Shown here: positions 1-11,166 of the stretch, one piece after another
Layout of the letters: each line of letters opens with the position of its first letter
Position numbering within the stretch: position 1 is the first letter of the stretch
Source of the DNA: Chiloscyllium plagiosum
Taxonomy: Eukaryota
Reading direction: 5' to 3'
Assembly (NCBI RefSeq): GCF_004010195.1
Contig: NC_057718.1
Location: forward strand, 31,866,641 to 31,926,787
DNA: 60,147 bases
Program-made: the position numbers and the translations under genes
Notes under the pieces: generated by a model
Told to the model about the DNA's origin: nothing
Database searches by the model: none
What the model saw: the letters and a program-made list of their open reading frames with translations, nothing else

Positions 1-228
1 TGATTGATAGACCTGGCCGCCTTGCGAACTGGCAGTGTCATCAGTCTCTACTGTTTCCAAAAGCTTGGACTTGTTCCTGACAGGTACTTCTCCCGGGGTC
101 TCTTGCACCTGTCTCCTCTCTGCCTTCCTCATCGTCTGCTTTCTTCTGCTCTCTTCTGGCATGATTGGTGTAATAACCTCGCTGAAGGTCTTATCCAGAA
201 AGATCTCGTTCTCTCAGTTCTCATCAAC
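1..228 (-). mobile_element. CR1 LINE ORF1 fragment, running off the window edge
   Basis: Minus-strand translation ENEIFLDKTFSEVITP...RRQVQETPGEVPVRNKSKLL resembles the CR1 ORF1 linker seen near 20050-20110 (VQEPSVAIPISNKYAVL). Confidence 0.6.
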
Positions 229-234
229 AGGGTG

Positions 235-600
235 ATGAATTGAAGTGGCAGCCAAATGGAAGCTCAGGGTCTTTTCTGCAGACAAACCAAGGTGTGTTCT
301 GCCAAGCGATCACCCAGTCTATGTTTCCCCAAAGTAGAGGAGACCACACTGTGACCAACAAATGCAGTAGACTAGTTTGCATGAAGTGCAGGTAAAGCAC
401 TGCTTCACCTGGAAGGTATGTTTGGGCCCTTGGATATAGAGGAGGGAGGAGGTAAACAGGCAAGTGTTACACTCTTCTGAGGTCGCAAGGAAAGGTGCAG
501 TGGGACTGTGGGGGGGCTGAACGAAGGTATCCCAGACAGAACGACTCCTGTCGAAAGCTGACAAGGGAGGGAAGGGGAATGCGTGTATAATGGTGGCATC
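235..600 (-). mobile_element. Penelope-like element, decayed GIY-YIG endonuclease fragment
   Basis: Translates as CNTCLFTS...QGPKHTFQVKQCFTCTSCKLVYCICWSQCGLLYFGET, the PLE CxxC-linker plus GIY-YIG pattern. Interrupted by stops. Confidence 0.85.
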
Positions 601-1112
601 TAAAGAAGCTTGGTTGCTTTGGTTGCTCAGTAACTAGTGATTCCTAACTTGCTGCTGATTCACATTTGATGTCACCAGAGATGATACCATATAGCTATAC
701 TTAACGTAAAGAAACTGCAGTTACATTCACTAGGACATGATTTTAAAGGAGATATAGTAGATACACTCTCTACTAATCAGATTTATTTTCATGAATTTGA
801 CTATGGGTGCAATACCACAAATGAACACTTAAGTTTGATAAGTCACAATGTTCCATATATAATTATGAGAACACAATAGAGAAAGTATTAAGCAAGTGTT
901 AGAAAGAGAAAACAAAATGCAATTAAAGATTTCTGACACTTTAGAAGTTCTTTAAAAACCTGCACTTGCATGAATGTGGATTTAAGCTCCAGTTCATGCC
1001 TCTGCAAGTGTAAAGAGATCGGTAAAAACCATGACTGCAGATGCTGGAAACCAGATTCTGGATTAGTGGTGCTGGAAAAGCACAGCAGTTCAGGCAGCAA
1101 CGAGGAGCAGTA

Positions 1113-1149
1113 AAATCGACGTTTCAGGCAAAAGCCCTTCATCAGGAAT
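1113..1149 (-). ncRNA. Minimal hammerhead ribozyme motif in PLE terminus (core intact)
   Basis: Minus strand reads attc-CTGATGA-a-gggc-tttt-gcct-GAAAC-GTC-gatt. It has both conserved core boxes, a 4-bp stem II, a loop-less stem III and a weak stem I. Confidence 0.75.
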
Positions 1150-1403
1150 ACAGGCAGAGTGGCTGAAGGGTGGAAAGATAAATGAGACGAGGGTGGGGGT
1201 GGGGAGAAAGTAGCATAGAGTACAATAGGTGAGTGGGGGTGGGGGTGGAAGGCTCCTTTAGGTCCTTGGATGGAGGTGAGGGAGGAGGTGTGGGCGCTGG
1301 TTTTACAGTTCCTGCGGTGGCAGGGGAAAGTGCCAGGATGGGGGGGTGGGTCGTAGGGGGGCGTGGACCTGACCAGGTAGTCACGGAGGGAGCGGTCTTT
1401 GCG

Positions 1404-1721
1404 GAAGGCGGAGAGGGGTGGGGAGGGAAATATATCCCTGGTGGTGGGGTCTGTTTGGAGGCGGAGAGGGGTGGGGAGGGAAATATATCCCTGGTGGTGG
1501 GGTCTGTTTGGAGGCGGAGAGGGGTGGGGAGGGAAATATATCCCTGGTGGTGGGGTCTGTTTGGAGGCGGAGAGGGGTGGGGAGGGAAATATATCCCTGG
1601 TGGTGGGGTCTGTTTGGAGGCGGAGAGGGGTGGGGAGGGAAATATATCCCTGGTGGTGGGGTCTGTTTGGAGGCGGAGAGGGGTGGGGAGGGAAATATAT
1701 CCCTGGTGGTGGGGTCTGTTT
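1404..1721 (+). repeat. Minisatellite, 6 x 53 bp (GGAGGCGGAGAGGGGTGGGGAGGGAAATATATCCCTGGTGGTGGGGTCTGTTT)
   Basis: Units start at 1404, 1457, 1510, 1563, 1616 and 1669. Copies 2-6 are identical and copy 1 differs at one base. Confidence 0.98.
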
Positions 1722-3099
1722 GGGGGTGGGGGGAATGTCGGCGGATGATTTGGTTTATGCGGAGGTTGGTAGGGTGGAAGGTGGGCACCAGGGGCGTTCT
1801 GTCCTTGTTGCGGTTGGGGGGGTTGGGTCTGAGGGCGGAGGTGCGGGATGTGGATGAGATGCGTTGGAGGGCATCTTTAACCACATGGGAAGGGAAATTG
1901 CGGTCTCTAAAGAAGGAGGCCATCTGGTGTGTTCTGTGGGGGAACTGGTCCTCCTGAAAGCAGATACGGCGGAGGCATTGGGAATACGGGATGGCATTTT
2001 TGCAGGAGGTATAGTGGGAAGAGGTGTAATCCAGGTAAGCTGTGGGAGTCGGTGGGTTTGTAAAAAATGTCGGTGTCAAGTCGGTCGTCATTAATGGAGA
2101 TGGAGAGGTCCAGGAAGGGGAGGGAGGTGTCAGAGATGGTCCAGGTAAATTTAAGGTCAGGCTGGAATGTGTTGGTGAAGTTGATGAATTGCTCAACCTC
2201 CTCGCGGGAGCACGAGGTGGCGCCAATGCAGTCATCAATGTAGCGGAGGAAGAGGTGGGGAGTGTGCCGGTGGCATTACGGAAGATGGACTGTTCTACAT
2301 AGCCAACAAAGAGACAGGCATAGCTGGGGCCCATACGGGTACCCCTTTGGTCTGGAGGAAGTGGGAGGATTCAAAGGAGAAATTGTTAAGCGTGAGGACC
2401 AGTTTGGCAAAATGAATGAGTGTGTCGGTGGAAGGGTACTGTTGGGGACGTCGGGAGAGGAAGAAACGGAGGGCTTGGAGGCCCTGGTCATGACAGATGG
2501 AGGTGTAAAGGGACTGGATATCCATGGTGAAGATGAGGCGTTGGGGGCCGGGGAAACAGAAGTCTTGGAGGAGGTGGAGGGCATGGGTGGTATCTCGAAC
2601 GTATGTGGGGGAGTTCCTGGACTGGGGGGATAGGACAGTGTCCAGGTAGGTAGAAATGAGTTCAGTGGGGCAAAAGCATACTGAGACAATGGGTCGGCCA
2701 GGGTGATCAGGCTTGTGGATCTTGGGAAAGAGGTAGAACCGGGCAGTGCGGGGCTCCCGGACTATGAGGTTGGAAGCTGTGGGTGGGAGATCTCCTGAGT
2801 GGTCTGGGAGATGATGGTTTGGTGATGGGGGATGGGGTCATGGTCGAGGGAGCAGTAGGAGGAGGTGTCCTCGAGTTGGCGTCTGGCTTCAGCGGTGTAG
2901 AGGTCAGTGCGCCAGACTACCACTGCGTCCCCTTTATCCGCTGGCTGGATGGTGAGGTCAGGATTGGAGCAGAGGGAATAGAGGGCAGCACGTTGTGAGG
3001 GTGAGAGGTTGGAGTCGGGGAGGGAGGGTAGACAGATTGAGGCGGTTAATGTCCCGGCAACAGTTTAAAAAGATGCCAGCAGAGGAACTGTCAGCTGAG

Positions 3100-3525
3100 C
3101 TAGAAGGTTCTATTCTGAAGTCCCAACACAGAACTTAAGTACAAAATCAAGATACGCCCCTCCCCCACCCACTGCAATTCAGTGCAGTGGTGTGGACATG
3201 CTGAACTATCAAGAGCTGCTACCTTTCAGATGAGTCATTGAATCTAGCTGTGCCCGCCCTCTCAGGTGAACATAAAAGACGTCATGGCACGATTTGATGA
3301 GGAGTATGGGAATTTATCCCAGCATCCAGGTCAATAGTTATCCCTCAGGCAATATCACAATAACAGGCCAGGGCTTAGAAGACTGCTGTTCGTGAGAACC
3401 TGCTGTGCACACATTAATCCTTCCATTGCTTATGACAGTTCCTACACTTTAAAAATACTTCAGCAGATGTAAAGTGCTTTGGGACACCAGTCGTAATGAA
3501 AAGCTGTATATAAATATAATCTCTT
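3100..3525 (+). mobile_element. Deu-domain SINE (SacSINE1/AmnSINE1-like), old copy
   Basis: Contains ctttcagatgag...ccctctcaggtg..cataaaaga...catggcac.attt...tatccctca and the L2-like tail gtaaagtgctttgggac...gaaa.gctgtatataaat, recognised from the DeuSINE consensus. Confidence 0.75.
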
Positions 3526-3659
3526 ATGTCTCTCTAAGTATATTATAAATCGATTCAGACCTGAACAAAATTTATGGCAAAGATATCCAAAAAAAACAAT
3601 GATTTGTTGAATTCTTCTCTAGAATCTATAACTTAATACAATTTAAATTAAGAAAACAG

Positions 3660-3973
3660 GGGAGATGGTAACATTGTGATAATGTCACCAGACTAATAGC
3701 TCAGAACTCGCAGTTAATGTTCTGGACATGGGCTAAAATTAGAATTCAATAACAATGTGGAATAAAATGCCAGTCTAAATGTCAATCACTACTGATTGTC
3801 ATAATGGCACATCTAGCTCACAAATGCCTTTTAAGGAAGGAAATCAGCCATCTTACACTGGTCTGAACTACATGTGATTCTAGATTCACAGCAGTGGTTG
3901 ACGTTTAATTAGGGATGGGCAATAAATGCTGGTCTAACCAGTGATGCCACATGCCATGAATGAATAAAAAAAA
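3660..3973 (+). mobile_element. Old tRNA-derived elasmobranch SINE (family distinct from HE1 and Deu; name uncertain)
   Basis: Head ggagatggta...aatgtcaccagacta, body gaaggaaatc.gcc.tcttacactggtctg..ctacatgtga, tail aattagggatgggcaataaatgctgg...ccatgaatgaataaaa. The same family recurs at 15047, 18430 and 25800, and the tail at 5480 and 59130. Confidence 0.75.
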
Positions 3974-4298
3974 TACAAAATTTCTCGATCTTACTCTACT
4001 TCTATATCTTGTTGGCAACATGGCTGCTTCATTTTGGTGTGGTATGTGTACCCATATATTTCTTTTACAAAATGACTCTGTCAATAGCAACCCAATGTAG
4101 TGCAAGTCACTATCACACAGACTAGTGGGAAGGGAGAATCAAAGTGTGAAATAATTTGCACACCAACCATGTCAGACATTTGCAGATGCTCAGAAAGAGC
4201 TCAGATATACCCGAAGACATTCCCCTATTTAGCATCTTTAACAGAAAGACATAGTGCGCAAAGTACATTTGAATGTGAAGCTTTGTGTATCGACAGAC

Positions 4299-4402
4299 CT
4301 TTCATTGATGCACCATCTACAGAACTCATTTTTCACTCTGTCAGGAATGCTGACCTTCACTGTCAGGATTTTCAATTTTTCCCCTCGGTTAATGGCCAGA
4401 AT
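4299..4402 (-). CDS. SRBD1: SRBD1 coding exon 9 ([34 protein letters not shown]); gene continues beyond position 1
   Basis: Splice sites tgcacttag|ATT CTG GCC ATT AAC CGA GGG GAA and GAA AG|gtctgt. 104 nt. Carries the Tex motif ILAINRGE. Confidence 0.96.
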
Positions 4403-5479
4403 CTAAGTGCAAACATAAACAGCACAGACAGATGACACATAAAATACCCAAAAGACAAACTTATCAAGTCTCCTTACATGTAAGCACTTGTTTGATGTTT
4501 TATAGTAAATCATACAGAGTATAATTAACTATGAAAGGTACTTTTATGGATAGTTAAGGTCAGAAACATAGACTTGATAGAAATAGAATAGGAAACATTG
4601 TAAATACAAAAAGATTAAGTCAGCTAGTGCTAAGTCAGCTAAATATATTTTAACAGTAGACACTACACAACATCATGTGATGAATTCCACAAATTTCTTC
4701 TTTAACTGCATAATTGCAATTAACTGACCAAATACCAGGCCTCGTGAAATGCTGTTTTTGAGTGAACTGGAGTTATGTATTGTCAATCCCTTATCTAATC
4801 ATCATAAATATGTAAAATCTTTTTGTTTAACAGGAGACAATACTGCAGTGCTTTTCTTCAGAAAGCACGCCCACTGTCCAAAGCAGACAACCAAGTTGCA
4901 TTCTTTCAAGCCTATTTGGTTACTTTCATATCTAACAAAAAAAAGTAGTTTATCAAATTGTTTTTTTAAAAAAGCTAACATTTTACAATAGCACATCCAC
5001 AAATGACCTGCCCTTTTGGATTTTTGTTTTTGCCTTTCGTCAGATATGGCAATCAGCCTGTTTACGCAGTCACTTTAATATGTTGCCAAAGAAACTAGGT
5101 CAAGCTGCAAGGAGATTTAGAATCTATAGCTACAATTCCCAATGCTGGTTCAATTGAAACATAATGATCCTGGAGCAAAAACTAATTCTGTTAGGTGATG
5201 ATAAACATTCAGCCTTTAATAAGGATTGTTTTTTTGAAAGCCTATTTTAATATAACAATTTTGGCAGTCGATGGTAAAGCATTATTTGCAATTTAGCTAA
5301 TAAATTATATAGGATTTGAAGCATAGAAACAGATCATTCATGCCAACACATGCTTGCCAGAATATCTACTCCACAAGAACCTCCTCTTCTGTCACCTAAA
5401 TGATAGACATTTGCATTGATTAAAAACAAAACACAAAAATTGTAATCTATAGGAGATTATTTGTCAATATATCCACATT

Positions 5480-5572
5480 GTTGCTGACCACCGCCTTCTG
5501 AAGGGCAATTAGGGATGAGCAACAACTGCTGGCCTAGCCAGCGATACTTACACACCCATGAAACATAACAAA
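5480..5572 (+). mobile_element. 3' tail fragment of the same old SINE/LINE pair
   Basis: Sequence caccgccttctgaagggcaattagggatgagcaacaactgctggcctagccagcga matches 3907-3965. Confidence 0.7.
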
Positions 5573-6529
5573 AGCAACACATCACAATTGTTATCGGCTC
5601 TGTGAATACCAATGCACATTGAAAAGGCAGATTGTACAGACAATGTTTGTAGACATGTCAGCTCAATATCCAAACCAACTCTGAATATTTCAAACATTAA
5701 TATTAGAAAAATACCAGGGAACTAGCTCATGATTCTCATCTAATCTCAAGGGCCTGATTTGCAAATACCTCTTGTATCAAGGGTACCATCTGAACTTGTC
5801 ACCACCCTAGAGTATACATTGCTTAATACATTTATTCACCGAACCTCATATTCGATACATCTACACTAATAAAAGCTCATCATTTCTTCTTTGATTTGAA
5901 GACTAACTGAAGTTCGGAATTTCTGCCACGAGTCATCATGTGATTGACCAGACCAATTTCCAACCTGCAGCTTACAGATAAGATGTCCCATGAGACTATG
6001 GGATCTGCGGACCATTTTCTTTGCTTCCCTGTCACTGTTGTCTTGCCATTAAGGTGATTACAGTATAGTGAGATGTCATTCTGTGTGATTGGTAGCAGGT
6101 TCCACCCTGTCAGCATATTCAAAGACTGAGCCTCTATGCAAAAAAAGGTGGAGACTGATGGATTTCTGATGACCAGTGGCCTACAAGATATGGAGATGTG
6201 TTGAATGAAAAGGTATTGAAGTGTTCAATCATCCACAGTCATAATCAACGGCAGAGAAGATTGAATGGGAAGTGATCGACATTCTCCAGATTCTTCTTTC
6301 AACATATATAGGTGATTAAAGCTTTTGTCTTGGCAAAACTGGTCGAGTATTTTACATAAGGAATTGAAAATATCAAGAGACTGACTTACAAATCTGAAGG
6401 AGTAGCAGCAACACTGTCATTGTCCACCAACTGTAGATAATATATATTTATGATGATCAGCATAGCTTTCATACAGAGGAAACTAATGTTAAAGAGTTTG
6501 CCACCTCCATGGCGCTAATATTGACAATA

Positions 6530-7210
6530 GAGGCTCATCATCCCTCAATTCAAAGATGACATCTACTGAGCATTGAGTTTCTGTCCATGAGACTGAAGGG
6601 CCTGTTGTTGTTTACAGATTTTGGGGAGGGCATAGAATGCAGTGGAATCCAAACTGCAGATCGTACTTTCATTTCTTTTGCCTTTTCTACTGCCAATATA
6701 CCTCATCAGTAAGATTGGATTAGATTCTCTACAGTGTGGAAACAGACCCTTTGGCCCAACAAGTCCACACCGGCCCCCCCGAAGAGCAACCCACCCAGAC
6801 CCATTCCCCTATATTTACCCCTGACTAATGCACCTAACACTACGGGCAATTTAGCATGGCCAATTCACCTAACCTGCACACCTTTTGGACTTTGGGAGGA
6901 AACCGGTGTACCCGGAGTAAACCCACGCAGACACGGGGAGAATGTGCAAATTCCACACAGACAGTTGCCCGAGGCAGGAATTGAACCTGGGTCCCTGGCA
7001 CTGTGAGGCAGCAGTGCTAACCACTGAGCCACCGTGCCACCCTTGATGTCTGGAATCAATGCATGGTGCAGCTTGATAGACAAGTTGTGCTGTCTTGAAT
7101 CGGCAGTAAGCCATTAATATCAATTCCATTACACTTCAAGAAGTGCTTCAGCCTGTCTTTGAAGCATTTTCTTTGTCTTCTCAGGAACACTGGCCACTTG
7201 AGTTGAGGAA
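6530..7210 (-). mobile_element. RTE-clade LINE 3' fragment, interrupted by an HE1 SINE
   Basis: Minus strand near 7110-7180 translates RQRKCFKDRLKHFLKCNGIDIN, like the RTE C-terminal GGQRKRFKD.LK motif. Highly decayed. Confidence 0.5.
6712..7042 (-). mobile_element. HE1 SINE (V-SINE superfamily), full length
   Basis: Minus strand has the tRNA-like head GGGTGGCACGGTGGCTCAGTGGTTAGCACTGCTGCCTCACAG with A/B boxes, the V-domain TCTCCCCGTGTCTGCGTGGGTTT, a CR1-derived tail and an (AATCT)n end. Confidence 0.95.
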
Positions 7211-8097
7211 CCTAATGCACTTATTGTTAGAGGGGAAGGTCAAGGGTATGGTAGAGATCAAGTTAAAAAAGTTGGGATGCGAAGTCAGATTCCAAGATGA
7301 TCCTGGAACAGTGAAAAGTTCTGACAAAGTAGAACAGGATTTATTAGCATTCCATGTTATACAATGAGATCTGGCAATGATTAGCTAAACCTGTTGCCTG
7401 TCATAAATGTTTAAGTCTATTTCTTTTGGATGTAATGGAGTAGATGGAGCCTTACCCATGGAGTGAGCATGTATAAAGTTTCAAACGGAACAGAGGCCGA
7501 AAAAGGCGGTGAGAATATGATCGAGATGATCAGAAAATGCAGAAATACCATGAAAAATGGAGACTGAAGGGCAGACTTTTAGGAATTTGCCATCATTTTA
7601 CAGCAACTTTCACATATCTGCCTAGATAAAGCAACCTCATTAAAACCTGGAGAGAACTAAAACACACCACACAATCATTTAACCATCAACTACTCGAAAA
7701 CAATTTTTACCAATGCTGTCATTCACAAAGTTACAAATTTTTGGCATCGATGGAAAATTTGAGAAACTCCGTTTACAGATTTGCATCAGATTGTATTTTT
7801 CACCTCTATGTTCTACTGGTACCTGGCACAATTTGAAGTGCATAACACAAAACTATGCCATGATACCTATACTGCAAGTTGCCAAGAAACAGGTGGCAGA
7901 AAATTTAAAAATGTTTAAATGAGACTTCAACAGGAGAAAAACACTTTCATATGGACTCTTCAGCTGATTCCTCTGAGAAGGAAATCATGGTTTTCATAAT
8001 TCCTGACTTCTTGCTTAAGGTAGGTATAGAAAAAACAACAGAGAGCATCACTGAGACTAGCATTTTTGGGGCACTGAAAAAGTAGTGTATTGCTAAA

Positions 8098-8250
8098 CTA
8101 CAAAGAATTGCGGATGTTGGAGATCTGACAGAAAAATAGAAATTGCTGGCAAGGTCTGGAAAGTGTCACCGGTTCAAAATGTTAACACTGCTTTCTTCCC
8201 ACAGATGCTTCCAGATCTGCTGAGTTTCACCAGCTATTTCTGGTTTTGTG
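8098..8250. mobile_element. Degenerate fold-back mini-element derived from a PLE terminus
   Basis: Left arm aaaatagaaattgctgg pairs with right arm ccagctatttctggtttt. An eroded ribozyme-like centre lies between them (...tcaccggttcaaaatgttaac). Confidence 0.6.
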
Positions 8251-9823
8251 TAAAATATAATGCTTCGTTTGGAACTTCAGTTGGTCAAAAACCAGGAAGT
8301 CCGATTTTACAATAATATTCATGAGCCCAAATGCAAGGAGGGAATGCTCATACATTGAACTGTCATTAGTTGAATGAGCTTCAGATCCATGAATTGCCTT
8401 GTTAACTATGTCGGGCCTTATTTTGATTAATACAGATAAAACAAAATTTCCATCATTTTATGAACAAAAAGAGTGTCCTTCTGCACTCTCAGTAATCAAC
8501 AATGTAATTCTATCAGAAAATAATCTGACCAGTTAACCTGCCAAGATGAGAATCTAGAAAGAGAAAGTTATATATGCCCTGCAAAATTCCTAAGATCTAT
8601 GTCTAAACAAGAATAATTTTGCTTCAAGTGTCACCAGTACCTTCATAGCAGCTGATAATTTTTTAAAAGATTGATATCAATTGTATGCATATGGGAGGAT
8701 GCATCATCATAATCATCCTCCAGGGGACAATACTGGAAGTGAGAGAACACATCAGAATGTGGTAAAATCTGCTTTAATTAGGATCAAGTGCTAATTCTAA
8801 TTTTGTTGAGTACTTGGTTTAAAAACAGAGGTTATACAGCATAAAAGTACCAAGTTTTGAAAAAAAAAATTTTGTTAAAAAGGAAACATATGGTTTAAAT
8901 AAGCATAACTCACATGGTGTATTTAAAAGTCTGATGAGTAGCTTTTTCACAAAATTGAGTTTTTACTGCCACAGCACACATATCTATGCCCAAGTTATCA
9001 AAATTATACATATTAAGCTGAGCCTGCTATGTTTTGACAAAGACAAATTCCTTAATACAGTGGAAATCCAATATAGCATGAGTTCTAGGGTCCAAAAGTG
9101 AAACCACATTATAGCTGGAAGATCAATTGCTGCAGTGTATTTCTTTTCAGGAGTAAACAATTTCTGATTTTGTTAATTTCAGCCCCTTGTGTTGACATTT
9201 TCATATTTAGTCAGAACGTTGTTCTTTTAAAAAAAAGGTGCGTTGGATGGGATCAGAAATTTATGGAGAAAAATATATTTCCTCTCAGTAGAGGCAAAAT
9301 CTTCCCAGATTCAGTTGAGCCAAGTTAAAATGTTGTGGAAACTTCTTGAAATACTGCAAGTTTCAGCCCTATCTATCTGCTTCAATTATCAGTCACAACT
9401 ACAGCAGAAGATTCCTGGAAACTCTGCAAATCGTGCAACACTGTTAATGCTATGGTATTTCTCAGGGTTGCATGGATCTTCTGTCAAAGTTCAGCAAATA
9501 ATCAGGAGATTATCCATTTACATGGGCTGATTATTCCAATTGCACATAAGCTATTACAATATTTACGGGTAATTCAAAAGAACATATAATTGAGGTGAGC
9601 TTGTCATTTGTATCAGATTATTTTTTTGGGACCCATGAGACTTCCATGTTATAAGTCTTGGGTATAGGTCATCTTTACATTGTACTTCTACTGTTCACCA
9701 AACCTAACTGAATGTATGACGACAGGGACATGATTTAGGACCGAATTGAAGAGAAACTTCTTCAGCCAAAGAGTTGTGAATCTATAGAATTCCCTGCCCA
9801 GTGAAGCAGTTAAAGCTACCTCA

Positions 9824-10900
9824 GTGAAGAGCTGCATTAGGACTCTGTTCAGAAGAGCAGCAACACACTGCAGCACCCCAGAACTGCTAAGACTGGAAGA
9901 AGAACACCTGTACAAAGTCTTTGACAAAAACAGATGCCTCCACAGCTTTGTCTGCAGATGCCTGATAGACAAGCAACACCAAGACGACAAGACATGCCTC
10001 ATTACACTAGCCTCTCTCCCATACATTAAAAAGAATTTGGAACTGACAACCAGACTGCTCCGACCACTAGGGATCTTGACAGCCCACAAACCAACAAACA
10101 CTCTCAGACAGTGGTTCACCAGAATAGAGGATCCGATACTCACTACGTGCAGGACAAATGTAATTTGCAAAATCTCTTGCAGCTACTGCACTAAACACTA
10201 TGTAGGACAAACAGGCAGACAACTAGTGACCAAGCGACACGACCAATACTACCTGGCATCCATGCACACGGAAATCAAGAACCATGGGTTTGACTGGGAC
10301 AACACAACGTTACTGGGTCAGGCTAAACAAAGAACAGCAAGGGAATTAGATTAGATTACTTGCAGTGTAGAAGCAGGCCCTTCGGCCCAACAAGTCCACA
10401 CCGACCCGCCGAAGCGCAACCCACCCATACCCCTACATTTACCCCTTCCCTAACTCTACGGGCAATTAAGCATGGCCAATTCACCTGACCTGCACATCTG
10501 TGGGAGGAAACCGGAGCACCCGGAGGAAACCCACGCAGACACGGGGAGAACGTTCAAACTCCACACAGTCAGTCACCTGAGGCGGGAATTGAACCCGGGT
10601 CTCTGGTGCTGTGAGGCAGCAGTGCTAACCACTGTGCCACCGTGCCACCCATGATAGAAGCATGATACTCATCCTTGGATTCCATAAACAAAACACATTG
10701 ACCTGGATCCAATACGCAAACCGCTGCAATGGCAAACCAGAACCGGCACCAACTGGAAACAGCTCAAACAGAACCATATAAATTCAGAGTAGAATAGTCC
10801 AGCAGCACTTCACAGGAGGCAACACACACGGATGATGTCACCTAGAAAGGGGGCGATATGTCTGCCAACAAACCTACCAGCTCAGCGAACAGATCAACAA
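9824..10900 (+). mobile_element. Penelope-like element (second family), thumb plus GIY-YIG and 3' end, with an HE1 inserted
   Basis: ORF 9824-10354 reads KSCIRTLFRRAATHCS...LPYIK...NVICKISCSYCTKHYVGQTGRQL...HGFDWDNT. An eroded hammerhead-like motif lies at about 10826-10865 (cacggatgatgtcacc...ggggcgatatgtctgc). Confidence 0.9.
10345..10650 (-). mobile_element. HE1 SINE, full length
   Basis: Same head, V-domain and (AATCT)n tail as the 6712-7042 copy. Confidence 0.95.
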
Positions 10901-11166
10901 TTAATCCTACCTTGTTGAATGTTTTTAATGCAAAGACAGATAGATTTTTGAACAGTAAAGGAATTAAGTAAAGGCAGATAAGTGGAACTGAGTGTATGAA
11001 AAGATCAGCCATGAACTTACTGAATGGCAGAGCAGGCTCAATAGGCCAGATGGCCTAATCCCTCTCCCATTTCTTCTTTTCTTATGTAATACTTATTTCC
11101 GAGAAACAACTGACATCAATGTAGACTTTTTATTATAGAAGAAAATAATGAACATTTTAAATTTCA

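Larger units (their letters stand above)
1025..3062 (-). mobile_element. Penelope-like element: 5'-truncated RT, linker and 3' terminal repeat; endonuclease core deleted near 1245
   Basis: RT motifs LYTSI, LTLNNFSF, MGPSYACLFVG, LRYIDD (about 2231-2249) and YLDYTSSH...KNAIPYSQ are present with frameshifts. The terminal segment 1025-1240 is shared with copies at 35815, 58529 and 60019. Confidence 0.92.
9720..11085 (+). mobile_element. Old CR1 3' end (9720-9823 and about 10902-11085) split by a PLE insertion
   Basis: gagaaacttcttcagccaaagagttgtgaatct.tagaattccctgccc continues after the insert as ttgaatgtttttaa...gatagatttttg...gatcagccatga...gaatggcagagcaggctc. Confidence 0.75.

Noticed and set aside
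1404..1721. CRISPR-like array
   Set aside because: Units are head-to-tail with no unique spacers, there are no cas genes and the context is vertebrate.
1233..2334. Long overlapping ORFs (171, 317, 152 and 179 aa) suggesting a novel repeat protein
   Set aside because: They arise from the stop-free 53-bp tandem repeat inside a frameshifted Penelope RT. There are no splice or start signals of a host gene.
6960..7042. tRNA gene
   Set aside because: The A/B boxes belong to the tRNA-derived head of an HE1 SINE and continue into the V-domain. The same applies to the other HE1 copies.
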